DNA of 64,000 nt from Octopus vulgaris (taxonomy: Eukaryota): positions 106,392,001-106,456,000 of the forward strand of contig OX597816.1 in NCBI GenBank assembly GCA_951406725.2, read 5' to 3'. Under the pieces are notes generated by a model. The model was not told the DNA's origin. It did no database searches and saw only the letters and a program-made list of their open reading frames with translations. Both the position numbers and the translations under genes were made by a program. Within the stretch, counting starts at the first letter, position 1. The number at the start of each line of letters is the position of its first letter. This document shows positions 12,252-23,435 of the stretch, in pieces.

Positions 12252-15200
12252 CATACATACACAGACTCCAAATTTGCTTCATATGCAATTACAAGATAAT
12301 TAAATTGATCAGTTATTTCATATGTCTTCAAAACACCAAACTATTTAACATCAAATCCATGTAAAATTGACTGGTAACATGAATATGCAAATAAAATTAA
12401 TTTTAGTTAACTGCATCATTTTTCCTGGTTTCTAGTAAAATAAAAAGAAGAAATGGGGTATAAAACTGAAAACTTATTTCACTGGCAACAAATAAAGTGA
12501 TTATGGAAACTTCCATTATTATAATTAGTTACAATTACAGTATTCAGTCAGTAATTAATCTTTATAAACAATAAATTTTATAGAATCAAATGTATTCGAA
12601 GTGAATTGAAGTCACCTGAATTTCTGGTTCATGTATTTTTATCTTGTTTTTAGTAGAGTAATAAAATTCTTTAATAAATTTTCATTATTGCATACATTAA
12701 CCTATGATGTTTGGTGTGCTCAATTGAGGTTGACTGGGGTCTAAACAAACTTTTTCATTTTTAATCCAACCCATGCTAGCATGGAAAGCAGACGCTAAAC
12801 AGTGATGATGATGATGATGATAATTGACATTAAACAATATCTCTCACATGTTTTATTCTAAAGTAAAATGTTACTTAATACTGTGGCAAACATGCCACTG
12901 GATATATCCTGAAGTATCGTAGGAGATATTTAAACAAAAACTAAAGGTGCTGACTTAAATTTCTATTAAAACTGGATGTGACATATTAGCAGATCTCTGT
13001 TAAAGTCAGATGGATAAATAAAATAACTACATAATTTATCAAAGTCAGAAAAAGTATATATAATCAATTTTATTCAAAGCAAGCATGAAATATAAACATC
13101 GTATTCCAATTCATAAAGAGTATGAATTTTCAAGGAGGTTCTTTTCAACCTGTTTCAATGAATAAATTGAGAGTATATTTTTTAACACCCACTTCAAATG
13201 TTAGTAGATAGTGGGTAATGTATCATATTACCAGTTAAAGGAATATGAATTCACACCTTACAAGTTTTGTCTTGAACTGAGGGAAAATGCAACAGAAACT
13301 TAGGAAATTCTCAAAACTGCTTATGAATTAACTTGTATGAGTCGAGCATCAGTTTTCTGCTGCCACAAGAGGCCAGGCAAAGCAAGTCCACCAAGAAGCT
13401 CATAATGATACCCTTTTTTGACAGCAAGAGCATCATCGACATCTACTGGGTTACTTCTGGCAAAACAGTCAATAATGAGTACTTTGTGGAGGTTTTAAGG
13501 GAGTTCGAGAAAAACTTTTGTCACAAAAGGCCAGTGTACCTGCACCAGTCCACAATTCCATCCTAATAACCAACTCCTTGACAGAGATGGGCATTGAAAC
13601 TGTCCTTCACCCTCTGTGACTTTTGGTTTTCTCCAAGCTGAAGGAGAAGATAAAAGAGTCTACGATAAGGGTCCTGAACACCTTCACTTTGGAGGACTTC
13701 CACAGAGTCTTCATGAAGTGGCTGGAGTGCTATAATAAGTTCATTGAAGCCAGTGGATCCTACTTTGAAGGAGATTAGACTTTTGTGCTTCTCTGAAATT
13801 AATAATTGTCTCTCTTGAAAAAGTTTAAAAACTCCTGAAATGCACCTTGTATAACAGTTGTAGCAGCAATGCAGAACAGAGCTGCTGAGAAGGTACTTTG
13901 GTAACTGCTAGCTGTGACTCAAATTCTATCTATGATATATTGGCATGGTTAAATGAGAATAAAATGATTGAATTTCCCTAGTTCATCACCATGAATCTTA
14001 GCATTTTAAAGTATTTTATATAGCCATGTTGGAAGAAGTACACTGCATATGATCATTTAGAAAACTAGGTGTGAAATCAATAAATAAAATTAAGGAAGGA
14101 AAATATATCTTTGTTTTCTTTTAGTTAAAAAAAGTTGATGAAACAAAATTTACCTAGGAAATATGCTTGGGCTACTGTCCAAGCAAAGGATGTGATTAGA
14201 CCAAGACCTTTCTGGAACTCGTAAGTGATCTCAGGACCAAACTGCTTTATTTTTCTTTTCATCTGAGATGAACAATGAAATGATACCAGGCCAAATTCAC
14301 ATGGATCACCATGAAAGAATCCTGTTTCAAAGAAAGAATACAACAAAGTTTACTAATTCACTGATACAGTTTGAATACTTAAAAGTCCCAATACACCAAA
14401 GTTTATCCCTTTGGCAAATGTACATGTATAATAAACACTAAAAATGTGCAGACAATAGACTCCCTCAAATGCTCAAGGGGATCATTAGAAGTAGTAGATA
14501 GCTTTTGTTACCTAGGTGACCAAGTTAGCAGTGGAAGAGGAAGTTCTGAAAATGTAGTTGCTAGAATAACAGGCTGGGCAAAGTTCAGAGAGTTTCTACC
14601 TTTGTTGGTAACTAAGGGCCTCTCCCTCAGAGTGAAAGGCAAACTGTATGATGCATGTGTACGTAGAGCTATGCTACATGACAGTGAAACATGGGCTGTG
14701 ACTACAGAGGGCTTGCGAAGGCTTAAAAGAAATGAAGCTAGCATGCTCCACTGGATGGGTAATGTCAGTGTGCCCACACAACAGAGTGTAAATGAGTGAA
14801 AACTAGGTAGAAGAGGTATCAGATGTTGTCTGCAAGAGAGAAGACTGCACTGGTACATTCATATGATACTTATGGATGAGGACAGTTGCATAAAGAAGTG
14901 CCAAGCTGTAATTGTTGAGGGGGACCTGTAACGGGGGAGACCCAAGAAGATGTGGGAAGAAGAGTGAGAAAGGATCTTTGGATACTGGGTCTCACTGAGG
15001 TAATGAAAAGGGACTGGGAGTTGTGGGAATTTGCTGTACTTGAGAAGACACGTCAAGCTAAGTAAAATTGCTGTCATTCATACCAGTGCCACATAAAATG
15101 TACTTGTGCTGGTGCAGCATAAATGCACCTATACCAGTGGCATATAAAGAACACCCAGCACACTCTGTGAAGTGGCTGGCATTAGGAAGGGCATCCAACC

Positions 15201-18200
15201 GCAAAATCCATGCTACAGCAGACAATTGGAGATTGGCCAACTCCTGTCAAACCATCCAACTCATGCCAGTATGGAAAATGGACGTATGATGATATATAAT
15301 CTTACTGTAAAATTAAAACAGCCCTGAACTGTTGAAAAGCAAGTGTATACTACCACAATCAAAGATTTATTTTGTAGTAAAATTATATATGTTCAAACAC
15401 ATAAATATACTTTGATAATTAAAAACTATGTTAACATTTCTTTAATTTTATGCACGACCATATATCATTAAATATCATATAAAAGTAAAACATTTATTAG
15501 AAATATATTTCTTTTACTGGCTGAGTCTGGAGAAAGAGGTAATACTCATAAACTTTGCAGGCCCTCCTAGACCAATGAGCTTGATGCCATTAAAGTTCAA
15601 TTTACACTGTTACAGGTCAACATGTAGGGTTGGACACAATAAGGCTGACAAAAGGTGGAGAGAGAGAGAGAGCATGAATCAGATGTGCTTAGGTGGAGGA
15701 GGTACTATAAAGCTAAAAAGATATTTGCAATTCCATCTGACCAAAACAACCGTAAGTTCAAATCATGACCATAAACTGTGCATTATTCATATCAGGGCAC
15801 ATAACTCAGTGCTAAAATGCTTAATTGACAACAAAACAATTTCTACTCCTACTTTGCAGTTGTGTTCAGAGGTAGGAAGAGTAATAAGCTGTAAAACTAA
15901 TTGCTCCAACAAACAAACCTTCTCATCCATGCAAGCATGAAAACATTGATGTGAAACGAAAATATATTTAATCTTTGATCTTTTTCCTACAGGTGGCATC
16001 TCTCTCTCTCTCTTTACTCTTTTACTTGTTTCAGTCATTTGACTGCGGCCATGCTGGAGCACCGCCTTTAGTCGAGCAAATCGACCCCAGGACTTATTCT
16101 TTGTAAGCCCAGTACTTATTCTTTCGGTCTCTTTTGCCGAACCGCTAAGTTACGAGGACGTAAACACACCAGCATCAGTTGTCAAGCAATGCTAGGGGGA
16201 CAAACACAGACACACACACATACATATATATATATACATATATACGACAGGCTTCTTTCAGTTTCTGTCTACCAAATCCACTCACAAGGCATTGGTCGGC
16301 CCGGGGCTATAGCAGAAGACACTTACCCAAGGTACCACGCAGTGGGACTGAACCCGGAACCATGTGGTTGGTTAGCAAGCTACTTACCACACAGCCAGTC
16401 ATTTAATTTTTTAAATATGCTAAATAACTGAAGCAAACTTTTAACATATTTATTGCTGGACATGATTTACTATGTTGGCTGTTTAGAAAAAAGAGAGATG
16501 CTGATAAAATAATCATCAACTGGGAGGAGAGAACTGTGCTGTGTCTTGTAGAAGGCTAGCTGTGGTAAATAGAGTGAGAGTGTCCAAAGTTGTTTCTTGC
16601 TCGAGATGGTCTGTCTGAGTGCCCAATGTGGTCTGGCCTTCGTGGTTTGCTTAGCAGTGTGCCATGGTTGTGTGACTGAGTTAGGCACCAAACAGTTTTT
16701 AAAGGGTGAAAAGGGAGTGATTTAAGATCATCTGAGGAACCATATCATGACATACCTTCATGCTGACTGGCTGATTTATAGATTAATCACATGAAACTGA
16801 GGCAGGTCACTTGTGACACTCTAACTGAATATCTTGCAGTTGGCGTTTGAATCTCTACGATATTAATACTAATTTAAATTTTATTAATTGTACCTACATA
16901 TACACACACACAAACATAAGTGTATGTGTGTGTGCATATAGATATAGAATGAAGACAGGGAAAGCCCCAGGCCCATCAGGAATTACTGCAGAGATGCTCA
17001 AAATATCTGGCAGTGTCGGCTATAACCTAGTCACCCGTATAGTCAACCAGGTGATACACGAAGGAGTCATACCCAATGACTGGTGTAGCAGCATACTAGT
17101 CAACTGCTACAAAGGTAAAGGTGATGCCCTGGATACAAATAATTACAGAGGTATCAAGCTGTTGGATCAGGTAATGAAGGTTACGGAGAGGGTCATAGCC
17201 CAACTAATTAGAGAGAGAGTTAGTTTAGATGAGATGCAGTTTGGGTTTGTCCCAGGGAAAAGCACCACTGATGCTATATTCCTGGTAAGGCAGCTGCAGG
17301 AGAAATACCTAGCCAAGGATAAGCCCCTGTACCTGGCTTTCGTTGACATGGAGAAAGCCTTTGATAGGGTCCCCCGATCCCTCATCTGGTGGTCAATGAG
17401 GAAACTAGGGATAGATGAATGGCTGGTGAGGGCTGTGCAAGCCATGTACAGAGATGCCGTAAGTAAGGTTAGAGTTGGCAACATGTACACAGAAGAATTC
17501 AAAGTAGAGGTTGGGGTCCACCAGGGTTCAGTACTCAGCCCCCTCCTATTTATCATAGTCCTCCAGGCAATAACGGAGGAATTCAAGACAGGTTGCCCCT
17601 GGGAGCTCCTCTATGCTGACGACCTCGCTCTAATCGCTGAGTCACTATCAGAACTGGAGGAGAAGTTCCAGGTGTGGAAGGAGGGTTTAGAATCGAGGGG
17701 CCTTAGAGTCAACCTAGCTAAAACCAAAGTACTAATAAGTAGAAAGGTAGAAAACCCACAAATATCCTCAGGAAGATGGCCCTGCTCGATCTGTAGAAAA
17801 GGTGTAGGTAGAAACTCTATAAGATGTACCCAGTGTAAGCTATGGACACATAAGAGGTGCAGCAATGTCAAAGGTAGGCTAACTGGGAAGATAGTTTTTG
17901 TATGTGGCAGGTGCTCTGGAGCATTGACCTCCGAAAATCTGCAGAAAACAACTTCTGTCACTTTCCGGGGGAAAAACTAGAAGTAGTTGATAGCTTCCGC
18001 TATCTAGGTGACCAAGTCAGTAGTGGGGGTGGGTGCGCTGAGAGTGTAACTGCTAGAATAAGAATAGCCTGGGCAAAGTTTAGGGAGCTCTTACCTCTGC
18101 TGGTGACTAAAGGCCTCTCGCTCAGAGTAAAAGGCAGACTGTATGATGCATGTGTACGAACAGCTATGCTACATGGCAGTGAAACATGGGCCGTGACTGC

Positions 18201-21200
18201 TGAGGACATGCGTAAGCTCGTGAGGAACGAAGCCAGTATGCTCCGATGGATGTGTAATGTCAGTGTACTTACTCGACAGAGCGTTAGTACCTTGAGAGAA
18301 ATGTTGTACCTAAGAAGCATCAGTTGTTGTGTGCAAGAGAGACGATTGCGCTGGTATGGTCATGTGGCGAGAATGGATGAAGATAGGTGTGTGAGAAAGT
18401 GCCAATCCCTAGCAGTTGAGGGAACCCGTGGAAGAGGTAGACCCAGGAAAACCTGGGACGAGGTGGTGAAGCACGACCTTCGGACGTTAGGTCTCACCAT
18501 GGAAATGACTAGAGACCGAGACCTATGGAAGTATGCTGTGCGTGAGAAGACCCGGCAAGACTAGTGAAGCCATAATCCGTGGCCCCTACCTGGGACGTAG
18601 TCAGTCCACCTGTGCATACCTTCCTTCTTGTGACACTTGTGAAGACCTGTTGAGGCAAGTGAGAATCGAATCGTATCGAATCAAATCGAACCAAATCAAA
18701 ATAGATGAACATCAATGGAATTTGTATCCTTGTGGAAAATTAGTGCCGGTGGCACATAAGAAAACCATCCGAACGTGACCGTAGCCAGTACCGCAATGAC
18801 TGGCCTCCGTGCTGAGGGCACGTAACAAACACCATCCGAGCGTGGCCGTCCGCCAGCCTCGTCTGGCACCTGTGTCGGTGACACATAAGAAAACACCATC
18901 CGAGCGTGGCCGTCTGCCAGCCTCGTCTGGCACCTGTGTCGGTGGCACATAAAAAACACCATCCGAGCGTGGCCGTCTGCCAGCCTCGTCTGGCACCTGT
19001 GTCGGTGGCACATAAAATCACCCACTACACTCTCGGAGTGGTTGGCGTTAGGAAGGGCATCCAGCTGTAGAAACACTGCCACATCTGACTGGCCTGGTGC
19101 AGCCTTCGGGCTTCCCAGACCCCAGTTGAACCGTCCAACCCATGCTAGCATGGAAAGCGGACGTTAAACGATGATGATGATGATGATGATGATGTGTGTG
19201 TGCACACACAGATTGACAGATGAGTGGATGAATGCATGTATGTATAAACAATCATAAAAGGATACTTTGTGTGGTGTATACATATATGTCTATTTTGATA
19301 TAAAATCACCCACTACACTCTCGGAGTGGTTGGCGTTAGGAAGGGCATCCAGCTGTAGAAACACTGCCAGATCTGACTGGCCTGGTGCAGCCTTCGGGCT
19401 TGCCAGACCCCAGTTGAACCGTCCAACCCATGCTAGCATGGAAAGCGGACGTTAAACGATGATGATGATGATATTGATATCATTTGGACAACAGAGATGT
19501 CATGATTACATCTCCCACAAACAATACGTCTTGTTGCCCAGCAACAGGACATATTGTTTCAACAGACAAGTTCAAACCAGGCTAGAAAGAGATATAAATA
19601 TACATTAAGACAGTCATGTCCCTGTCACTGACGATGATGATGATGACAACAACAACACAGTAACGATCATCATCATTTAACATCTGTCATCCATGCTGGC
19701 ATGAGTTGAATGGTGTGACTCGACCTGGCAAGTTGGGTGGCTGCACCAGTCTCCAGTCTGATTTGGCATGGTTTCTACAACTGGATGCCCTTCCTAACAC
19801 CAACCTCTTAACAAAGTGTGCTGGATGCTTTTATGTGGCACTGCACAGGCACTTTTATGTGGAACCACATGAGTGCTTTTATATGGCACCACATGAGTGC
19901 TTTTATATGGCACCACATGAGTGCTTTTACACAATGTCGCACGGGTGCTTTTACACGATGTCACACAGGCACTTTTACATGTTGTCACATGTAACAATGT
20001 TGACAATTATAACTATGATGATGGTGATTGTACAAATCTAAATTTGATACATTACCTGGTATACAAATATTCTTCACTTTTTCATTTTGTTGAGATAAAT
20101 CACTTGGCCAGTAGCAGAACTGTGAATATTCACTCTCAGTACACAAAGGGCTGTCCCGGGGAACAAACTACAAAGTGAAAATCAATTTAAACAAACCATC
20201 AGAGAATTACATTAATTCAGAACAAGGAATATTATGTTAAAATACACATTAGTTATAAGAATATCAATCAATGAGTGGACAACTACATGAGAGATAAGTG
20301 GTTCAAATCCTGACAATAGCATTGCATGTCATTGTGTTTCTGAGTAAAACACTTTATTCTACATTACCTCATTGAATCTAAGCTATTGATAATAAATATC
20401 ATCTAGGAATGTTATGATGCCATGATATACAATGCAGAATTTGTTATGATACAGTGAGATGCAAGGCGGAATTCATGCCATGAAACAAGAGTTAAGTAAT
20501 GACTCTTAAAACTCTTCAGAGTTTGTTTTGAGGAACATACATTAACATTTTTATAAAGGAGGGGATGTTGAGTATATTGTTAACTCTTTGAAATTTTTGC
20601 TTTTATTTTCTGTAGTGTATGTAATAAGATACTCCTCCCTTCTACGAAATACATTGGTGTAAAAGAAAATAGGAATGAGATTGTTACTGTTGTTTAGGCC
20701 CAAAATTAAATTAATAAAATCGAAGCATTTATTTCAGTGCAACTCAAGTTTACTGCACCCACCCAATGTGTTTCCTCATAACATTTCTTTTTTTTTTTAA
20801 TTCAGAAAGACTATACTTTTCAAACCATTTAATTATTTGTTCATGATCATTGCACAACATGATGGTGTTAGATAAGATATCATACAGAATACTTTCATTA
20901 ATGCTATTACAATATATTTCCAATTTGAATTGTAGTGGTAAACTTAGAAATGTTTTCATAATGCCCTCCAATTTCATCTTGATAATAAGCAATATTAATC
21001 AAGACAATACAATAGATTCCTTTTATGTTATGCTAGTTATTGAACTATATAACCATAATCTGCATCTTCAAAAACATATCTGCAAAATTTCATTTAAAAT
21101 ATGCATTATTTAACAAAGTTATAAGGAAACAAGTTCGTGGGAACACTAAACTATTGTCATTGTCTTTATTTCTAAAAACAGAAGTCTGTAGTCATTGTTT

Positions 21201-23435
21201 AGTCCCAAGTCAATTTTGATCAAGCAGACCTCTGAAGAAAGGTGTTTCAACCTTAACCATCCCTTAGAACAATGTTTCGGGGTTTGATTTGAGGAAGTCA
21301 TCTAGCAGGTAAAACACCTGCATAGAGACTTCAGGAGTATTGACATTACTAAAATGGCTATTTCTAGAAACTGAAACAGGACCATATGTTCAGCTGTCCA
21401 GTAGCATCAATCTTACTCTGTCTGACATTTAAATTTGAACATCATTGTGCTTTGCTTGTCAGTGAACAATATTTCAATGCAAAACAAACAGTTACGAGTT
21501 AAGAAAGAAACCAACATTTGATTGCTCGACATGCTGGAAAGAGGAGACAAATTCCTTTAAATGACACCCTACCATCTGCTTTTGTTTCCATTAGTTTTGA
21601 AAATAATAAAGTATTTAGTAAAACAACTTTATCATTAGTAATCTGATGTCTGTAACATAAATTAACATGAAATTTACAGAGCAGGTTTTAAGTCATATCA
21701 CGTTAAACTTGTATCATAGGATAAGGGTTAAAAAGAGTTTTAAAACATCAAATAATATAGTCCTAGATGTGCAAAAAGAAGGTCACAACTGGAACGCCTT
21801 TAATCACAGGTTTACTCAATGAGTGACAGAAAAAAAAAAATCTGCCCATTTTCTGACCCAACAAAGTGTCGAAGGAGCTGAGCCGTAAAACTGGTTACAA
21901 TAATCTGGTCTTTGAAATATTGAGATCAGCAGCAAAGATGGTTTGGCTATGCATTCAGTATTAACCGAGGGAAGATACCAAAGGTAGGATTAAAATTAAC
22001 ACAAGCTGGAAAGTGAAAGTTTGGGCGGTTAAAGAATACTTGACATAGAACAGGTGAACGTGAACTGAGATCAAAGTATCTTATATGGGACAATGCAGGG
22101 AACTATTAAAGACCGGTCTGAATGACGCTTAATTGTAGAATCATTGCCTCTCAACAGGGAAGATGAAGGTAAAATAATTATAGCAAAATAACATTTACAC
22201 ACATAAACATTTTTCTCAGACAATGATTATAGTGGGTTTTTTTTTTGGTTTTTTTTGTAGTGAGACCTTTCAGTCAGCAGACATGATCGCATGTCTGATC
22301 AAGCACCGCTAAGCAAACATACGATCAAAGGCATTCCAGCCGTGATATTCAGTTCTACTGTTCAGATATAGTGTATCTAGGACTATTTCATCGTGTGTCC
22401 TTCCTTTTTAAAGATGGTAGGGTGTAATTCGAAGTGAAATATGGTTGTTATTTCTTGCATTCTTACTGATATGCGTATAAAGGCAAGGGACAATGGGGTG
22501 AAGAATATTTCTTAAAGTAAGTTATTTAAATGTAGTTATGTCTACACAGAGGTCATCGAAGGAAAGAGAAGGCTAGCATGTAAAACAAGAATACACACAC
22601 AGTATATGTGTTTGCATGTAAGAAATAAAAGTGTATATGTATTCTTTATACATACCGGCATAAGAGGCTTCTCGCTGCGGATTTGAGAACAGATGAATTC
22701 TGTGTTAAAACGGCTGTACATTTTCTCAAAACGCTGAAATTCCCTATCCTTCCTTAATATGTAGGGCTTCGTAGGAATACCATAACGGTCCCAGAATGCC
22801 CGGATTCGAACATTTTCTGCAAACTGGCTAGTCAGTAGATGAGGGAAATCAGGAGCTAGAACCGAGAGCAAACAATTGATAATTTGTTCGGTTTGGAGAA
22901 ATGTTACGTTATCAGGATCCAGTTTATTATATCGTGTATATTTTATGTTTCTGTCAATAAGGAAATTTTCAAATAAAATAACCCTTTCGATTAATGGTTT
23001 TATACGCTGTAAATAAGCCATCGCCTCTTCTTCCATTTGTTCATAAACTTCAGGCATTCCAGGAGCCATGTGAGTTTTGGTCACGTATTGTTGATATTCA
23101 AAAGACCTGGGATAATGCTGAACTGAGGGGCATTTCCAAGTAACTTCTGGAGATGGTGATAACATTTCGAAACGATCTTTTAGCTTCAACTTCGTATCTT
23201 TTAACTTGTTTGATTGTTCCCAGATTGACCAAGATCTCTTTTCGGTCATGTTTCCCCATGATCCTGGCGGCCGTCTCGGTTTGATAGGCGGATATTGAAT
23301 TTCTTCGCCGGGAATTTCCTCTGAAGTATTTACTGATACAACACTACTAGCATAACGATTATTTGTGTGGAAAAACGAGGAGAATCTAGAGCAAGATCGA
23401 CACGACCTCGAGAGCATGAGTGATGGCATCGCCAT
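11553..23435 (-). CDS. MRPS30: Mitochondrial ribosomal protein S30 / mL65 (PDCD9 family), complete 4-exon gene, join(22656..23435,20056..20167,14154..14321,11553..11923), 1431 nt, 476 aa
   Basis: Four exons assembled by hand. All introns are GT-AG and the phases are consistent (0,1,1). Family-like motifs are YPPI, YVTKTH, AFW, QIRSEKPL, GDPCEFG, SFAWTVAQA and TVITDGQKFSFFAYQLNTL. The N-terminus is R/S-rich and acid-free, like a mitochondrial presequence. Start context is AAAATGGCG. Confidence 0.9.
13250..13852 (+). mobile_element. Old internally deleted mariner remnant, MRPS30 intron 3
   Basis: Translated fragments are KFCLELRENATET*EILKTAY, ARQSKSTKKLIMIPFFDSK..TVNNEYFVEVL and KWLECYNKFIEASGSYFEGD*. 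The right end ...aaatgcaccttgta resembles a TIR. Confidence 0.8.
14154..14321 (-). CDS. MRPS30: MRPS30 exon 3 (GFFHGDPCEFGLVS...SFAWTVAQAYFL-G)
   Basis: Lies within ORF 14125..14346. Acceptor is ttgaaacag and donor is TAG|gtaaat; 168 nt. Confidence 0.9.
14410..15293 (+). mobile_element. Degenerate 3' fragment of a related RTE LINE
   Basis: ORF 14446..14799 (LEVVDSFCYLGDQVSSG...LLVTKGLSLRVKGKLYDACVR) is paralogous to 17902..18564. It has stops downstream and the same GGAAGGGCATCC...GATGAT tail. Confidence 0.92.
16009..16397 (-). mobile_element. Young tRNA-derived SINE, family A, MRPS30 intron 2
   Basis: CpG-rich reverse-complement match to the 5047-5460 copy. Confidence 0.88.
16949..19193 (+). 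mobile_element. Young 5'-truncated RTE-clade LINE (RT + PHD + C-terminal domain, structured 3' UTR, (GAT)n tail), antisense in MRPS30 intron 2
   Basis: ORFs 16847..17980 and 17902..18564 carry KAPGPSG, NYRGIKLL, QFGFVPGKST, FVDMEKAFDRV, GVHQGSVLSPLLF, LLYADD, FRYLG, RLRWYGHV and RGRGRPRKTW. One -1 frameshift lies near 17966. No endonuclease domain is present. Confidence 0.95.
18743..19016 (+). repeat. Tandem 63-64 bp repeats in the RTE 3' UTR (3 near-identical units at 18832, 18896 and 18959, plus a diverged unit at 18765)
   Basis: The unit CCATCCGAGCGTGGCCGTCYGCCAGCCTCGTCTGGCACCTGTGTCGGTGRCACATAARAAAACA was read directly. Confidence 0.95.
19299..19470 (+). mobile_element. Second, near-identical copy of the RTE 3' terminal ~170 bp
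   Basis: Matches 19012-19190 with about 2 substitutions and ends in (GAT)n. Confidence 0.9.
19665..19990 (-). mobile_element. Older inverted RTE-tail element with ~7 x 24-25 bp tandem units
   Basis: (CAT)n, ccatgctggcatg and ctggatgcccttcctaacaccaacc are present, followed by repeated gtgcttttatatggcaccacatga-like units at ~19825-19990. Confidence 0.85.
20056..20167 (-). CDS. MRPS30: MRPS30 exon 2 (FVPRDSPLCTESEYSQFCYWPSDLSQQNEKVKNICIP-G)
   Basis: Not in the ORF track. Acceptor is ttttcactttgtag and donor is CAG|gtaatg. The 112 nt bridge phase 0 to phase 1 exactly. Confidence 0.85.
22261..22460 (+). repeat. Representative of an abundant unclassified ~250 bp dispersed repeat
   Basis: Consensus-like gagcagacctatgatcaaagg..ttccagcc...ctaggactacattatccaa...gatggtagggtg...gatttggctgctatttctagcag. 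Other copies in both orientations lie near 2050, 3820, 7200, 9350, 21200, 21520, 26100, 28600, 39480, 48340, 52100, 56900 and 63720. Confidence 0.7.
22656..23435 (-). CDS. MRPS30: MRPS30 exon 1 (260 codons, MAMPSLMLSR...SEKPLMP)
   Basis: Lies within ORF 22542..23459. Donor is CCG|gtatg at 22655. Confidence 0.9.

Noticed and set aside
15518-15645. Possible poison cassette exon in MRPS30 intron 2
   Set aside because: The acceptor is good but the donor is weak (CA|gtaaaa), and the 4-exon model is already complete. It needs RNA evidence.
18765-19016. Repeat array resembling CRISPR (also 19825-19990)
   Set aside because: The units are contiguous tandem repeats with no unique spacers, there are no cas genes, and the context is a eukaryotic LINE 3' UTR.
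17167-19151. Minus-strand ORFs of 93-151 aa
   Set aside because: They are antisense shadows of the RT ORF and of the GC-rich tandem repeat.
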